DNA of 64,000 nt from positions 20,140 through 84,139 of the forward strand of contig CAWAVY010000001.1 in assembly GCA_963785595.1 (NCBI GenBank), in the 5' to 3' direction. A program made the translations under genes and the position numbers. Of the stretch, positions 47,328-56,820 are shown piece after piece. The notes under the pieces were generated by a model that did no database searches, was not told where the DNA came from, and was given only the letters and a program-made list of their open reading frames with translations. This stretch comes from Bryobacterales bacterium. GTDB taxonomy: Bacteria > Acidobacteriota > Terriglobia > Bryobacterales > Bryobacteraceae. Each line of letters opens with the position of its first letter. Within the stretch, counting starts at the first letter, position 1.

Positions 47328-47858
47328 GTGCCAGCGATTCCACCTATAACTTTGCCTAGCCTTTGGCGGATCTCCTAATACCTCGATCTCAGCGGCGAAG
47401 GCGGTCGCCGATCGGACAATCGCTGGAACAGACGCGGAAGACCGGTTGTTTATCTCGGCCAATCCGTGGCGGGCGTAATCTTGGAACGTCTTGTTCATTT
47501 CATGGACGATAGCAAACTTCCGGTGGGACTCAGTTTGATCCGCATCGAGTATCCGGAAACACTGGCGTGCGAGGACATACAAGAAACAGAGCTTCCCGCA
47601 GGCTGGCCTTCGCTTACGGAATTCACTCGCAACGCTGGCGATCAATGGCTCGAGAACTGCAAAACAGCGCTTTTGAGCATCCCGTCCGCCGCCGCTCCCT
47701 ACACCAGAAACTTCCTGGGCAATCCAGAGCATCCTGACTGGCGATTTGTCGCCGTCCAGGAACACTTGCGGTTCGAATTGGATCCCCGGTTGAAACAGCT
47801 TGGCGACTACGCGCTCTCCTATCGAAATGAAATTCGTTACGTCCTTTGCGACGAATGA
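47328..47858 (+). pseudogene. RES-domain toxin gene with in-frame TAA at codon 17 (47376-47378)
   Basis: The GTG at 47328 lies 3 nt after the antitoxin stop. The frame reads VPAIPPITLPSLWRIS*YLDLSGEGGRRSDNRWNRRGRPVVYLGQSVAGVILERLVHF...LLSIPSAAAP..NFLGNPEHPDW..FELDPRL. The R, E and S signature contexts are all present. The track ORF (47466..) would lack the Arg. Confidence 0.7.
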
Positions 47859-47877
47859 GGTGCGCGATAATTCCCTC

Positions 47878-48288
47878 ATGAAGATCCGCCTTTGGCTTAC
47901 GGTTTTATTGGCTCTATCGTGTTTCGGACTATTTGGCGGCGATCAGCCCAAGACGGTTATCAAGGTCATGGTCACCAACCAGTTCGACAAGCCTGTCGAA
48001 AACGCCGAGGTCATTCTTGACTTCCTCGGTGCGCGCCAAATCACTAAAGCCGGCTTAAGAAAGAAGATTCACTGGGAAGTGCATACCAACCAACAGGGCA
48101 TCGCTCACTTTCCGGCCGTTCCGGAAGGCGCGGTGCAACTGCAAGTAAACAAGAAGACCTATCAAACCTACGGCGCAAAGGTAGACGTGGCGGGCGAAGA
48201 GCAAACAGTGAACATCAAACTTCTTCCACCCCAGAGCCAATACAGCGCTCACCCGCCTTTGAAGCCGGCCGACCCGCCGAAGCAATAG
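47878..48288 (+). CDS. Secreted CarboxypepD_reg-like beta-sandwich protein
   Basis: 136 aa from ATG 47878, with a signal peptide (MKIRLWLTVLLALSCFGLFGG). VMVTNQFDKPVENAEVIL...TNQQGIAHFPAVPEG is typical of a carboxypeptidase regulatory-like domain. Confidence 0.55.
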   Translation: MKIRLWLTVLLALSCFGLFGGDQPKTVIKVMVTNQFDKPVENAEVILDFLGARQITKAGLRKKIHWEVHTNQQGIAHFPAVPEGAVQLQVNKKTYQTYGAKVDVAGEEQTVNIKLLPPQSQYSAHPPLKPADPPKQ

Positions 48289-48690
48289 CTATTGTGGCTT
48301 ATCGAGCGCGATCGCCTCTATTTCGATCTGGACATCGCGCGGCAACCGCGCCACTTCCACGGTGGTGCGGGCAGGCGGATTGTTGGGGAAAAATCTGCCA
48401 TACTCTTCGTTCATCTGGGCGAAATTGTTCATGTCTTTTAGGAAGACGGTTGTTTTCACCAAATCGTCCAGCGTAAGGCCGGCTGCTTCTAATACAATCT
48501 TCAGGTTCTCGAGCACGCGCGCGCATTGGGCTTGAATGCCGCCGGTAACGAGGTCTCCTGTCTTAGGGTCGGCGGGAATTTGCCCGCTTAGGAAAACAAG
48601 TCCGTTCGCACGCACGCCGGGCGAATAAGGGGCTACGGGTTTCGGCCCATCCTTGGGAAAGATGCTTTCTTTCATTGCTCTATTTTGCAC
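48289..48690 (-). CDS. ridA: RidA/YjgF family reactive-intermediate deaminase
   Basis: APYSPGVRANGLVFLSGQIP..., TVFLKDMNNFAQMNEEY and PARTTVEVARLPRDVQIEIEAIA. The start may be ATG 48675. Confidence 0.9.
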   Translation of the reverse strand: MQNRAMKESIFPKDGPKPVAPYSPGVRANGLVFLSGQIPADPKTGDLVTGGIQAQCARVLENLKIVLEAAGLTLDDLVKTTVFLKDMNNFAQMNEEYGRFFPNNPPARTTVEVARLPRDVQIEIEAIALDKPQ

Positions 48691-48709
48691 AAACCGCGTT
48701 TTACTTTCC

Positions 48710-49627
48710 TCAAAAGCGGACGGTACCTACCAGTTCGCGCACGCTTCCCACACCCAGCCGCCGCATCACGCGGTCAAGTTCCCGCGCAATCCTCTGAGGC
48801 GCTTTCGGGTCGGCGAAATTTGCGGTTCCGATCTCGACCGCCCGCGCACCGGCGATCAGAAACTCGGCTACGTCTCGGCCGCTCGCGATGCCACCTAGAC
48901 CAATCACCGGGATCTTCACCGCCTGCGCCGCTTCATACACCAGGCGCAAAGCGATCGGCTTAATCGCGGGACCCGACAAACCACCGAAGCCTGCGCCAAT
49001 GCGAGGCATTCTAGTTTCAATATCGATGGCTAACGCTACGAAAGTGTTCACCAGGGAGACGGCATCCGCCCCCGATTCCTCAGCGGCTCGGGCAAACGGC
49101 TGGATGCCGGCCACATTCGGCGACAGCTTGACGATGACCGGCCGCTTCGCTACCGCGCGGACTTTCCCAACCAAGCTCGCCAGCAGTTCCGGCTCGCTCG
49201 AAAAAAAGACGCCGCCATGTTTCGTGTTCGGACACGAAACGTTGAGTTCGTAAGCGGCGATTCCCTCGGTGTTTTCGAGCGCGCGCACAACCTCCAAGTA
49301 ATCGTCCTCAGCGTAGCCGAAAACGTTGGCAATCACCGGTACTGAAAACGGCCGCAGTTTGGGGAGCTTCTCGCGGATGAAGGCCGCAACGCCCACGTTC
49401 TGCAAGCCAACCGAATTCATCATGCCGGCGTCGGTATGCCACAAGCGCGGCGCGGGGTTACCGGCAATCGGCTCGCGCGAAAGTCCCTTGGTGACTAAAG
49501 CGCCGAGCTTGCTGAGGTCCAGGATGCTCGCAAACTCAATACCATAGCCAAACGTTCCAGAGGCGGCAATCACTGGATTGCGCAGCGTGATACCGCACAA
49601 AGTGATTGCCAGCCGGTCGTCTTTCAT
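48710..49627 (-). CDS. pyrD: Dihydroorotate dehydrogenase, class 1 catalytic subunit
   Basis: 305 aa. It has NPVIAASGTFGYG, NVSCPN (catalytic Cys type), GGLSGPAIKP and IGLGGI. Confidence 0.9.
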   Translation of the reverse strand: MKDDRLAITLCGITLRNPVIAASGTFGYGIEFASILDLSKLGALVTKGLSREPIAGNPAPRLWHTDAGMMNSVGLQNVGVAAFIREKLPKLRPFSVPVIANVFGYAEDDYLEVVRALENTEGIAAYELNVSCPNTKHGGVFFSSEPELLASLVGKVRAVAKRPVIVKLSPNVAGIQPFARAAEESGADAVSLVNTFVALAIDIETRMPRIGAGFGGLSGPAIKPIALRLVYEAAQAVKIPVIGLGGIASGRDVAEFLIAGARAVEIGTANFADPKAPQRIARELDRVMRRLGVGSVRELVGTVRF

Positions 49628-51025
49628 TTAGGTATGCACGGCGGCCAGCTTCGCCGCGCACTGTTGAATCAATTGCCAACTCGCGCGGATATCGCCCTCG
49701 TTTGTTTGATGATTGCCAATCGCGAAACGGAGTACGTACTTGCCGTTGAGGATGGTATGCGACAAAAACAGCCTGCCGCTGGCATTGATATCCGCCAGCA
49801 ATTGGCGGTTCACGTCGTCTGAGCTGCGATGTCTAAAACACACCAGCGAAAGGGGAGCCGGCGCGGCTATCTCAAAATCATCATCCTCTTCTATCAACGC
49901 CTTCAGCAATTGGGTCAACCGCAGAGATTCCCGCAACATTCTGATAATCCCATCATGCCCGTAATAGCGAAACACATACCATAACTTCAATGCGCGAAAC
50001 CTGCGCCCCAATTGCACACCGTAATCGTTGAAGTTCACTACGCGCTCGTCTTCCGCTGTTTTGAGATACTCCGCGCTCAATGAAAAAGCGCGCCGCAACA
50101 TCTCGGGCATGCGCGTATAAAGAATGCTGCAATCCATGGACACATACAGCCATTTGTGAGGATTCAAAACAAGCGACTGCGCGCGCTCCACGCCCCGTAA
50201 AATGTGGTTCATCTCGGGCACGATGGCCGCGGGTCCAGCGTAAGCGGCGTCGACATGCAGCCAGATTTTATGCCGCTCAGCGATGTCGGCGATTGAGGGC
50301 ACATCCTCAATCGCGCTGGTCGATGTGGAACCTACCGATGCAACAATGCAGCACGGGCGCCGGCCCTGAGCAATGTCCGTTTCGATCGCTTGCGCCAACA
50401 ACTCGGGCCGCATACGGAACTGATCGTCCACTGTAATGCGCCGCACGTTATCCTGGCCAAACCCGAGCGTAATAGCCGCCTTCTCAGCAGAGGAGTGCGT
50501 GTGGTCGGAAACGTACACCGTCAGACCCGGCTGCATTCCCTTAATTCTGCATTCCGGCGCAATCCATTCGCGGGCCGCGGCGATGGCATGCAGCACCGAA
50601 ACGGACGCCGTGTCATAGATAATGCCGAACCATTCTGGAGCAAGCGGCAGCCACTGCCGAAGCCAGCTTAACGTTACCTGCTCGAGCTCGGTGGCCGCCG
50701 GCGACGATTTCCAAAGCATCGCGTTGACGTTCACCGCCGCTATCAGGAATTCCGCGAGCACGGACGGTGGAGTGGACGAATCGGAAAACCAGGCATGAAA
50801 ATGCGGATGGTTCCAATGCGTCAGTCCGGGAACGATCTGGTTTTGAAAGTCGGCGAAAATCCGCTCGATCGGCTCGCCTTGTTCCGGCGCCGCACTGGGC
50901 AGGCTTGCGGCCACATCTCCAGGCTGCGCAGTGGGCAACACCGGATAGTCTCGCACTCGTTCCATGTATCCGGCGATCCAATCCGCGTGCCGGTATGCAG
51001 CTTGCCGGAATTCTTCAGGCGACAT
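49628..51025 (-). CDS. Group II pyridoxal-dependent (aromatic-L-amino-acid-type) decarboxylase
   Basis: 465 aa. It has HWNHPHFHAWF, and the PLP lysine in LVLNPHKWLYV. Confidence 0.85.
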   Translation of the reverse strand: MSPEEFRQAAYRHADWIAGYMERVRDYPVLPTAQPGDVAASLPSAAPEQGEPIERIFADFQNQIVPGLTHWNHPHFHAWFSDSSTPPSVLAEFLIAAVNVNAMLWKSSPAATELEQVTLSWLRQWLPLAPEWFGIIYDTASVSVLHAIAAAREWIAPECRIKGMQPGLTVYVSDHTHSSAEKAAITLGFGQDNVRRITVDDQFRMRPELLAQAIETDIAQGRRPCCIVASVGSTSTSAIEDVPSIADIAERHKIWLHVDAAYAGPAAIVPEMNHILRGVERAQSLVLNPHKWLYVSMDCSILYTRMPEMLRRAFSLSAEYLKTAEDERVVNFNDYGVQLGRRFRALKLWYVFRYYGHDGIIRMLRESLRLTQLLKALIEEDDDFEIAAPAPLSLVCFRHRSSDDVNRQLLADINASGRLFLSHTILNGKYVLRFAIGNHQTNEGDIRASWQLIQQCAAKLAAVHT

Positions 51026-51051
51026 AACTTACTTGTCTCATAGCACTCGTC

Positions 51052-51960
51052 TCAGAGAACCAGCGGCAGCCACTTCTTCAACCAGTCTTCGAACTCCCGC
51101 TTGGCTGCTGCGGTCGGCTCATCGTAGGGCAGGGCCGTTTGCGCTACCTTCCAACCGCGCACGCCGGCGGCGATCTTTATGCCGATGGGGGCAGGGAAGC
51201 GATTGAGCCAACCCAAAAATTCCTGCAACCGGGCATCCAATTCGTTGGCCCTTTCTGGACATTTTGCAAGCAGAGCCCGCTCCAGACTAACCAACAATTC
51301 CGGCACTGCCGCAGCAACACCCGAGACAACGCCATCGGCGCCCAGCGGTCTCGCACGCCGGTAGATTGCATCGTTCCCAACCAGCAACTGGAATGGATGC
51401 GCCGCTTTCAAGGCCAACAGCTTTTCAAATAGCCCCCAGTCTCCACTCGAATCCTTAATCCCGGCAAATGCGCCGCTCGCCAGCAGTTCAACCATCACGT
51501 CTGGGGGTATGGCATTCGTGAACTGCGGAATGTTATAGAGATACACGTGCGCTTTGCCATCCACTTCTTTGCTGAAGTGCCGGTAGAACTCCAAAATCTG
51601 GCTGCCCGTGTAATGAAAGTAGTAAGGAGGCATCAAAAGCAGCCCCGCCACACCGCTCACTATGGCATCTTCGGCCAACTCAATCGCGCCGGCGAGCGTG
51701 GAGTGCGCCACATTCACCAGCAGTGGTAACCGGCAGCGTTTCTTCGCCAGCGTCAAAACGCGCATGCGCTCAGTCACATCGAAGTGGACGAATTCACCAG
51801 TGGAACCGAAGAGAACCAAGCCGTCCACCCCTCGGTTTTGGATCAAATCGAGATAGTCGAACAGGGCCGCCGCATCCGCCTCTACCGAATTTTGGGGACG
51901 GGGCGTCGCCAAAGCCGCATACACACCACTGGCCAGCGGCGCCTCTTCCTTCTTTCCCAT
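51052..51960 (-). CDS. Dihydrodipicolinate synthase/N-acetylneuraminate lyase family aldolase
   Basis: 302 aa. It has LFGSTGEFVHF and the Schiff-base lysine context GIKDSSGD. The substrate cannot be assigned. Confidence 0.8.
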   Translation of the reverse strand: MGKKEEAPLASGVYAALATPRPQNSVEADAAALFDYLDLIQNRGVDGLVLFGSTGEFVHFDVTERMRVLTLAKKRCRLPLLVNVAHSTLAGAIELAEDAIVSGVAGLLLMPPYYFHYTGSQILEFYRHFSKEVDGKAHVYLYNIPQFTNAIPPDVMVELLASGAFAGIKDSSGDWGLFEKLLALKAAHPFQLLVGNDAIYRRARPLGADGVVSGVAAAVPELLVSLERALLAKCPERANELDARLQEFLGWLNRFPAPIGIKIAAGVRGWKVAQTALPYDEPTAAAKREFEDWLKKWLPLVL

Positions 51961-51975
51961 CGTGTACTTCGAATT

Positions 51976-52812
51976 TTACGCCGATGCCTTCAAGAACTTC
52001 ACTCCTTCAAAGGCGATATCTTCGGGGTTGGCTGCCAGATCGCGCCAGATGGACGCTGCGGCCGAAAGTTCGCCGAGCGCGAAGCCAAAGCTCTCTATGG
52101 TCAACCAGCCGTCGTATTGCATTGCGCGCAACGCTGCAAAGACTCCGCTCCAATCCACATGTCCGCTGCCGGGCGTTCCGCGGTCGTTCTCGCAGGTGTG
52201 AACATGCTTGAGAAAGCGGCCCGTTGAGCGCAGTGCCTGCGCCGGATTCTTCTCTTCGATATTGGCGTGGAAGGTATCCCACAAGATGCCCACGTTCGGA
52301 TGATCGATCTCAGCGCACAGATTCACGGCGTCTTCCGTGGTGTTCAGAAAGTACGTTTCAAAGCGGTTCAACGGCTCGATACAAACCTCCACATTATTCG
52401 CCGCGAGCACGGGCCCCAATTGTTGATACCCGTCCACCGCGTTTTTCCATTCGTCAACCGTTCGGCGTCTGCCGGGCAAATAGCCAACTGGCGAATACAG
52501 CGGCCCGGCAACCAGCTTGGCGCCCGCCTCCGCCGTGGCCTTGAAACATTCCGCCAGATGTGCCGCCGTTTTGCTGCGCACGGCGGCGTCCGGTGAAATC
52601 AAGCTCAACTCCCCCGGTAGCACTGAACACACGGTGCATTCCAAATTGTTGTGGGCCAGCGCGCGGCGAATTTCAGTGGCTTTGAACTCGGCGGGCCGTA
52701 TCAGCGCCACCTCTATGCCGTCGAATCCATGCTCGCGGATCTTTGGTAACAACTCGAAATGCTCCGGGCCAAAATTGGCCGTCCATAAAAACGTGTTCAC
52801 GCCGAATTTCAT
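51976..52812 (-). CDS. Sugar phosphate isomerase/epimerase (xylose isomerase-like TIM barrel)
   Basis: 278 aa from ATG 52812, with an AAGGAG RBS. It begins MKFGVNTFLW and has the metal-ligand contexts EPLNRFE and HVHTCENDRG. Confidence 0.8.
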   Translation of the reverse strand: MKFGVNTFLWTANFGPEHFELLPKIREHGFDGIEVALIRPAEFKATEIRRALAHNNLECTVCSVLPGELSLISPDAAVRSKTAAHLAECFKATAEAGAKLVAGPLYSPVGYLPGRRRTVDEWKNAVDGYQQLGPVLAANNVEVCIEPLNRFETYFLNTTEDAVNLCAEIDHPNVGILWDTFHANIEEKNPAQALRSTGRFLKHVHTCENDRGTPGSGHVDWSGVFAALRAMQYDGWLTIESFGFALGELSAAASIWRDLAANPEDIAFEGVKFLKASA

Positions 52813-52856
52813 GTCTGCTCCTTTGTTTGATAAACTCTCTGCTGCCAGCACACCAG

Positions 52857-53999
52857 ATGATATCTACATTCGCCCGCAGATTCGCGCCGCTTGCCGCAGG
52901 TTCCCTCTTGCTGGCTTATCAACTCACGCGCCCCGCCGAAATACCCTTCGAGAAACACACCATCGACCTCGGCTCGAGCGAAACCGCTGTCATGGCCGAT
53001 ATCAATGGCGACGGCCATCCCGACATCGTTTCCGGCGAGAACTGGTATGAAGCGCCGCATTGGGTCAAGCATCGTTTTCGCAACCTTCTTTACACCAACT
53101 TGTACATCGACGATCTCAGCACCCTGCCCCTTGATGTCGATGGCGACGGCCGTGTCGATCTGGTCACCTCCGGCTGGTTTAGCAAGAAACTCGCGTGGTG
53201 GCGCAATCCGGGGGATGCTGGGAAGATGTGGGAAGAGCATCCCATTGAAACCGGCTATCCGATCGAGTTCACATTGTTGGTCGATCTTGATAACGACGGC
53301 AAAGCCGACGAAATTCTGCCGCAATTCGGCGACGAGAAAGCGCCGCTGGCCTGGTATGAGCGCGATCACCACGGCGGCATTTTGAAGCACGTCGTCAGCC
53401 CGCATAGCTACGGCCACGGTATCGGCGCGGGCGACGTGAACGGCGATGGCCGCACCGATATTCTCACGCCGAACGGCTGGCTGGAAGCTCCCGCCGATCC
53501 CCGCTCACCCGATTGGAAATTTCACGGAGACTGGCAACTGGGCGATCTCGGGTTCATACATGTTTTCGATGTGAATGGCGACGGCCGTCCCGATATCGTA
53601 ACCTCCATGGGCCATAACTACGGGATTTTTTGGATGGAACAGCGGGCCGATGGCACTTGGGAAAAGCACATGATCGATGAGAGTTGGTCCCAACCGCATG
53701 CAACGACGCTGGTGGATTTTCGCGGGACCGGCAATCTCGGTATCCTCACCGGCAAACGCTACATGGCTCACAATGGCCACGATCCGGGGGCGCGCGAACC
53801 GTTGGGCGTCTATTGGTACGAGCGCTTAATCGATCCAGCTACTAAGAATATTGAATGGGTAAAGCACGTGATTGATTATGGCGGCCGGACGGGCGGCGGC
53901 ATTCAAATTCCCGTTGCCGACATTGATGGCGATGGCGATCTGGATTTCGTGGTGGGCGGCAAGAGCGGATTGTTCCTGTTCGAGAATAAGACCAAATAA
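52857..53999 (+). CDS. FG-GAP/VCBS repeat protein
   Basis: It has six Ca-binding-type repeats: DINGDGHPDIV, DVDGDGRVDLV, DLDNDGKADEI, DVNGDGRTDIL, DVNGDGRPDIV and DIDGDGDLDFV. It carries a signal peptide from ATG 52857. Confidence 0.75.
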   Translation: MISTFARRFAPLAAGSLLLAYQLTRPAEIPFEKHTIDLGSSETAVMADINGDGHPDIVSGENWYEAPHWVKHRFRNLLYTNLYIDDLSTLPLDVDGDGRVDLVTSGWFSKKLAWWRNPGDAGKMWEEHPIETGYPIEFTLLVDLDNDGKADEILPQFGDEKAPLAWYERDHHGGILKHVVSPHSYGHGIGAGDVNGDGRTDILTPNGWLEAPADPRSPDWKFHGDWQLGDLGFIHVFDVNGDGRPDIVTSMGHNYGIFWMEQRADGTWEKHMIDESWSQPHATTLVDFRGTGNLGILTGKRYMAHNGHDPGAREPLGVYWYERLIDPATKNIEWVKHVIDYGGRTGGGIQIPVADIDGDGDLDFVVGGKSGLFLFENKTK

Positions 54000-54002
54000 G
54001 GT

Positions 54003-55565
54003 ATGCAGGGAAAAATCTACGACGTGGTGGTGATTGGTTCGGGAGCCGGCGGCGGAACTCTTTCTTCGCGCCTGGCCACATTGGGGGCCGATGTTCTGGT
54101 TTTGGAAGGCGGTCCGCACGTAAACACCCGCACCGACTTCAATACGCACGCTCTGCCGTTCGAGTTTCCGTCGCGCCACATTCCCACCATGCGGCCTGGT
54201 AAGCCCGGGTTTGATGGTGAGCGCAGCCGGGGATTAGGCGGCAAGACGATGCTGTGGAACGCGGTGGCTTTGCGCTTCAGCCAGCGAGATTTTAAGGGCC
54301 GCCAGCACGATGGAGTGGGCGAAGACTGGCCGCTCGATTACGCATCCATGGCGCCCTACTATGACCGAGTGGAGCGCGAAGTGGGCGTCTGCGCCAACTA
54401 TGATCACTTGGAGGATCTGCCGGATGGTATCTTTCTTCCGCCGGTGCCCATGAAGTGTACCGACATCGCTATTCAGAAGGGTGCGGCAAAACTTGGCGTC
54501 AAAGTGATTCACGTCCGCAAAGCCACGTTGAGCCGATCGCGCGGCATTCGGCCTGCTTGCCACTTCTGCGGCAACTGCATGGCCGGCTGCGACGTGGTGG
54601 CGAAATACAACTCCTACGATGTGCAAATGGCGCCGGCTCTCAAAACTGGCAAATTAACTCTGCGCGGGAACAGTATCGTTTACGAACTGGGTGTGAGCGA
54701 CGAAGCACGTGTGAACGAGGTGCGCTACTTTGATCGTGAAACCCGCGCCGAAGGATCGGTGAAGGGGCGCGTAGTAGTCGTGGCCTGCGCCTGTGCACAG
54801 AGCGTAGCGTTGCTGTTGATGTCGAAATCGAGCCAATTCCCTAATGGCTTGGCCAACTCCAGTGGACAGCTCGGCCGCAATTTTATTCCGCATATCACGG
54901 CGGGGTTCGAGCTTTTCCTCGACGATTTTATCGGCAAGCCGTCCGAAAACGACGAAGGCTTTCTCGATCACGCCTACATCCCCTCGTTCGTTCACGATCA
55001 GAAGCGCGACTATGCGCGTAGCTTCGGCGTGCAATTCGGTTATCATAACCGGCGCGCGGCCGGCTGGACCCGATCCATTCAAGGCATGGGCAAGTCTTAC
55101 AAAGAGGCGATTAAAGCGCGCTATCCGGCTTATATGACGTTCAGCCCTTATCAGGAAATGCTGCCGAACGACGATAGCTACATCGATCTCGATTACGAGC
55201 ATCCAGACGAATACGGCCTGCCGCGCGCCCGCCGCCATTGGAAGCTTTCCGAAATGGACATGAAGCTACATAACGATATGAAACGCCGCTGTCTGGATAT
55301 TCTGGAAGCCAGCGGGGCGCAGATTCACTCCATCAGCCAGGATCCGGCAACCAATCACGAAATCGGCGGTTGCCGTATGGGCAGCGATCCGCGCAACTCC
55401 ATCGTGGACGCTACCTGCCGGGCGCATGACGTGCCGAATCTCTACGTGGTGGATGCTAGCGTGTTCCCCTCATCGTCGGAAAAGAACCCGACCTTGACCA
55501 TCATGGCGTTGGCTTCGCGCACCGCCGATTTCATCGCCGACCGTTTACAAAAGAAGGAAGTGTAA
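54003..55565 (+). CDS. GMC-family FAD oxidoreductase
   Basis: 520 aa. It has an FAD motif (VVVIGSGAGGGTLSSRLA) and a C-terminal GMC active-site region (HEIGGCRMG..VVDASVFPSS). Confidence 0.9.
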   Translation: MQGKIYDVVVIGSGAGGGTLSSRLATLGADVLVLEGGPHVNTRTDFNTHALPFEFPSRHIPTMRPGKPGFDGERSRGLGGKTMLWNAVALRFSQRDFKGRQHDGVGEDWPLDYASMAPYYDRVEREVGVCANYDHLEDLPDGIFLPPVPMKCTDIAIQKGAAKLGVKVIHVRKATLSRSRGIRPACHFCGNCMAGCDVVAKYNSYDVQMAPALKTGKLTLRGNSIVYELGVSDEARVNEVRYFDRETRAEGSVKGRVVVVACACAQSVALLLMSKSSQFPNGLANSSGQLGRNFIPHITAGFELFLDDFIGKPSENDEGFLDHAYIPSFVHDQKRDYARSFGVQFGYHNRRAAGWTRSIQGMGKSYKEAIKARYPAYMTFSPYQEMLPNDDSYIDLDYEHPDEYGLPRARRHWKLSEMDMKLHNDMKRRCLDILEASGAQIHSISQDPATNHEIGGCRMGSDPRNSIVDATCRAHDVPNLYVVDASVFPSSSEKNPTLTIMALASRTADFIADRLQKKEV

Positions 55566-56134
55566 TGGCAAGCTATTCTTCCGACCGTCGCCAGGTGCTC
55601 AAATTATTCGGCGCGATTGGCGCAACCTGCACGTTCCCGTTTGCGGGTGAGGAGTTATACGGCCAAACCGCGCACGAGCACGCCAACTTCGTGCCCCAAT
55701 CCCAAGGCCGTTTTCTCAACGACGCCGATTTCAAGATCGTGGCGCGCATTGCCGATCTCATCATTCCACCTACCGAAACGCCCGGAGCGATCCAGGCCGG
55801 CGTTCCTGAATATATCGACTTGGTGATTTCTCGCGACGGCGATCAGCAAGCCTTGGTGGCCGATGGCTTGCGTTGGCTCGACGCTCAAGCCAAGGAACTC
55901 ACCGCCGAGCGCTTCCTGGAGTTGGACGAGCGCGCGCAACTTTCCATTCTTGAGCCTCTTTGCGCGGCCGCCGACGCCGAGAAAACGCAGGCCCGCAACG
56001 TACAGTTCTTTGCTTTACTGAAACGGCTAACGGCGGACGGTTACTACACGTCCAAAGCTGGGCTGATTGACGAACTAGGCTACAAAGGGAACGCCGTTCG
56101 CAGCAGTTATCCAGAGTGTGTGCATGAACACTAA
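55565..56134 (+). CDS. Gluconate 2-dehydrogenase subunit 3-family protein (Tat signal)
   Basis: It has a twin-arginine leader (SDRRQVLKLFGAIGA) and an ATGA-type start/stop junction with the GMC gene. This is the typical small partner of GMC dehydrogenases. Confidence 0.8.
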   Translation: MASYSSDRRQVLKLFGAIGATCTFPFAGEELYGQTAHEHANFVPQSQGRFLNDADFKIVARIADLIIPPTETPGAIQAGVPEYIDLVISRDGDQQALVADGLRWLDAQAKELTAERFLELDERAQLSILEPLCAAADAEKTQARNVQFFALLKRLTADGYYTSKAGLIDELGYKGNAVRSSYPECVHEH

Positions 56135-56142
56135 CCAGCTGC

Positions 56143-56790
56143 TTACGAGCGTGGATCGAGCGTAAGGTCCAGGAGTTCGAGAGCTTTGTGAAAAGCATAA
56201 TCGTCCGAACGAAGTTCCGAACGACTGCATCCGTTGAGGGCAAAAGGCTCAAATAGCGCCCAATTATACAGATCCCTTCCATGACGCGATTGATAGTAAA
56301 TGCCCGCAAAATCTCCAAGGTCATGGATTCGGGTTGATGCTCTCTGAGAGACCCGGCGATTCCGGGACATTAAGTCCGAAAGATCGAATTGACCGTCAGA
56401 AAAAGTAATCATTGCGTTCAAGTCCGACTCTAATTCGCGGCGTAAATGCGAGAGCCATTCCGAGCAATAAATATCGGCACATCGTTTCTTTGCAGCCACT
56501 GCCCGGCCCATTCGCCGCGCAGAGAGCCAACTCGCTGGGACCGTGCCAAAAGCCGGTTGATCGGCATCCGCACCCTCGATCTCGTTAAGTTCAGCGAGGA
56601 GGCTCGGAGGAGCCTTCCGGAACCGCGCCAGGGTTTCGATGAAACACCCAAGCGGTGTTGAGCTGGCATAAAGAACGGCATAGCGGCCGTTTGAATCGTC
56701 AAAACGATTTTCAGAATTGCATTGGCCGGTCGTGGAAGGCTCAAATGGTACGAGCCATGGCTCCGGCGCGCGTCCTATCCTGAATAACAC
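56143..56790 (-). CDS. RES-domain toxin (NAD+-targeting family), apparently intact
   Basis: 215 aa, GTG start. The signature contexts are NRFDDSNGRYAVLYAS (R), GCFIETLARF (E) and GIYYQSRHG (S). Confidence 0.8.
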   Translation of the reverse strand: MLFRIGRAPEPWLVPFEPSTTGQCNSENRFDDSNGRYAVLYASSTPLGCFIETLARFRKAPPSLLAELNEIEGADADQPAFGTVPASWLSARRMGRAVAAKKRCADIYCSEWLSHLRRELESDLNAMITFSDGQFDLSDLMSRNRRVSQRASTRIHDLGDFAGIYYQSRHGRDLYNWALFEPFALNGCSRSELRSDDYAFHKALELLDLTLDPRS

Positions 56791-56820
56791 CTCCGGCGTG
56801 AAATGATAAGGAAGCAGGCC

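Noticed and set aside
47304-47879. 191-aa minus ORF
   Set aside because: It is antisense to the RES pseudogene. The plus-strand frame carries clear RES-family motifs and the minus translation has none.
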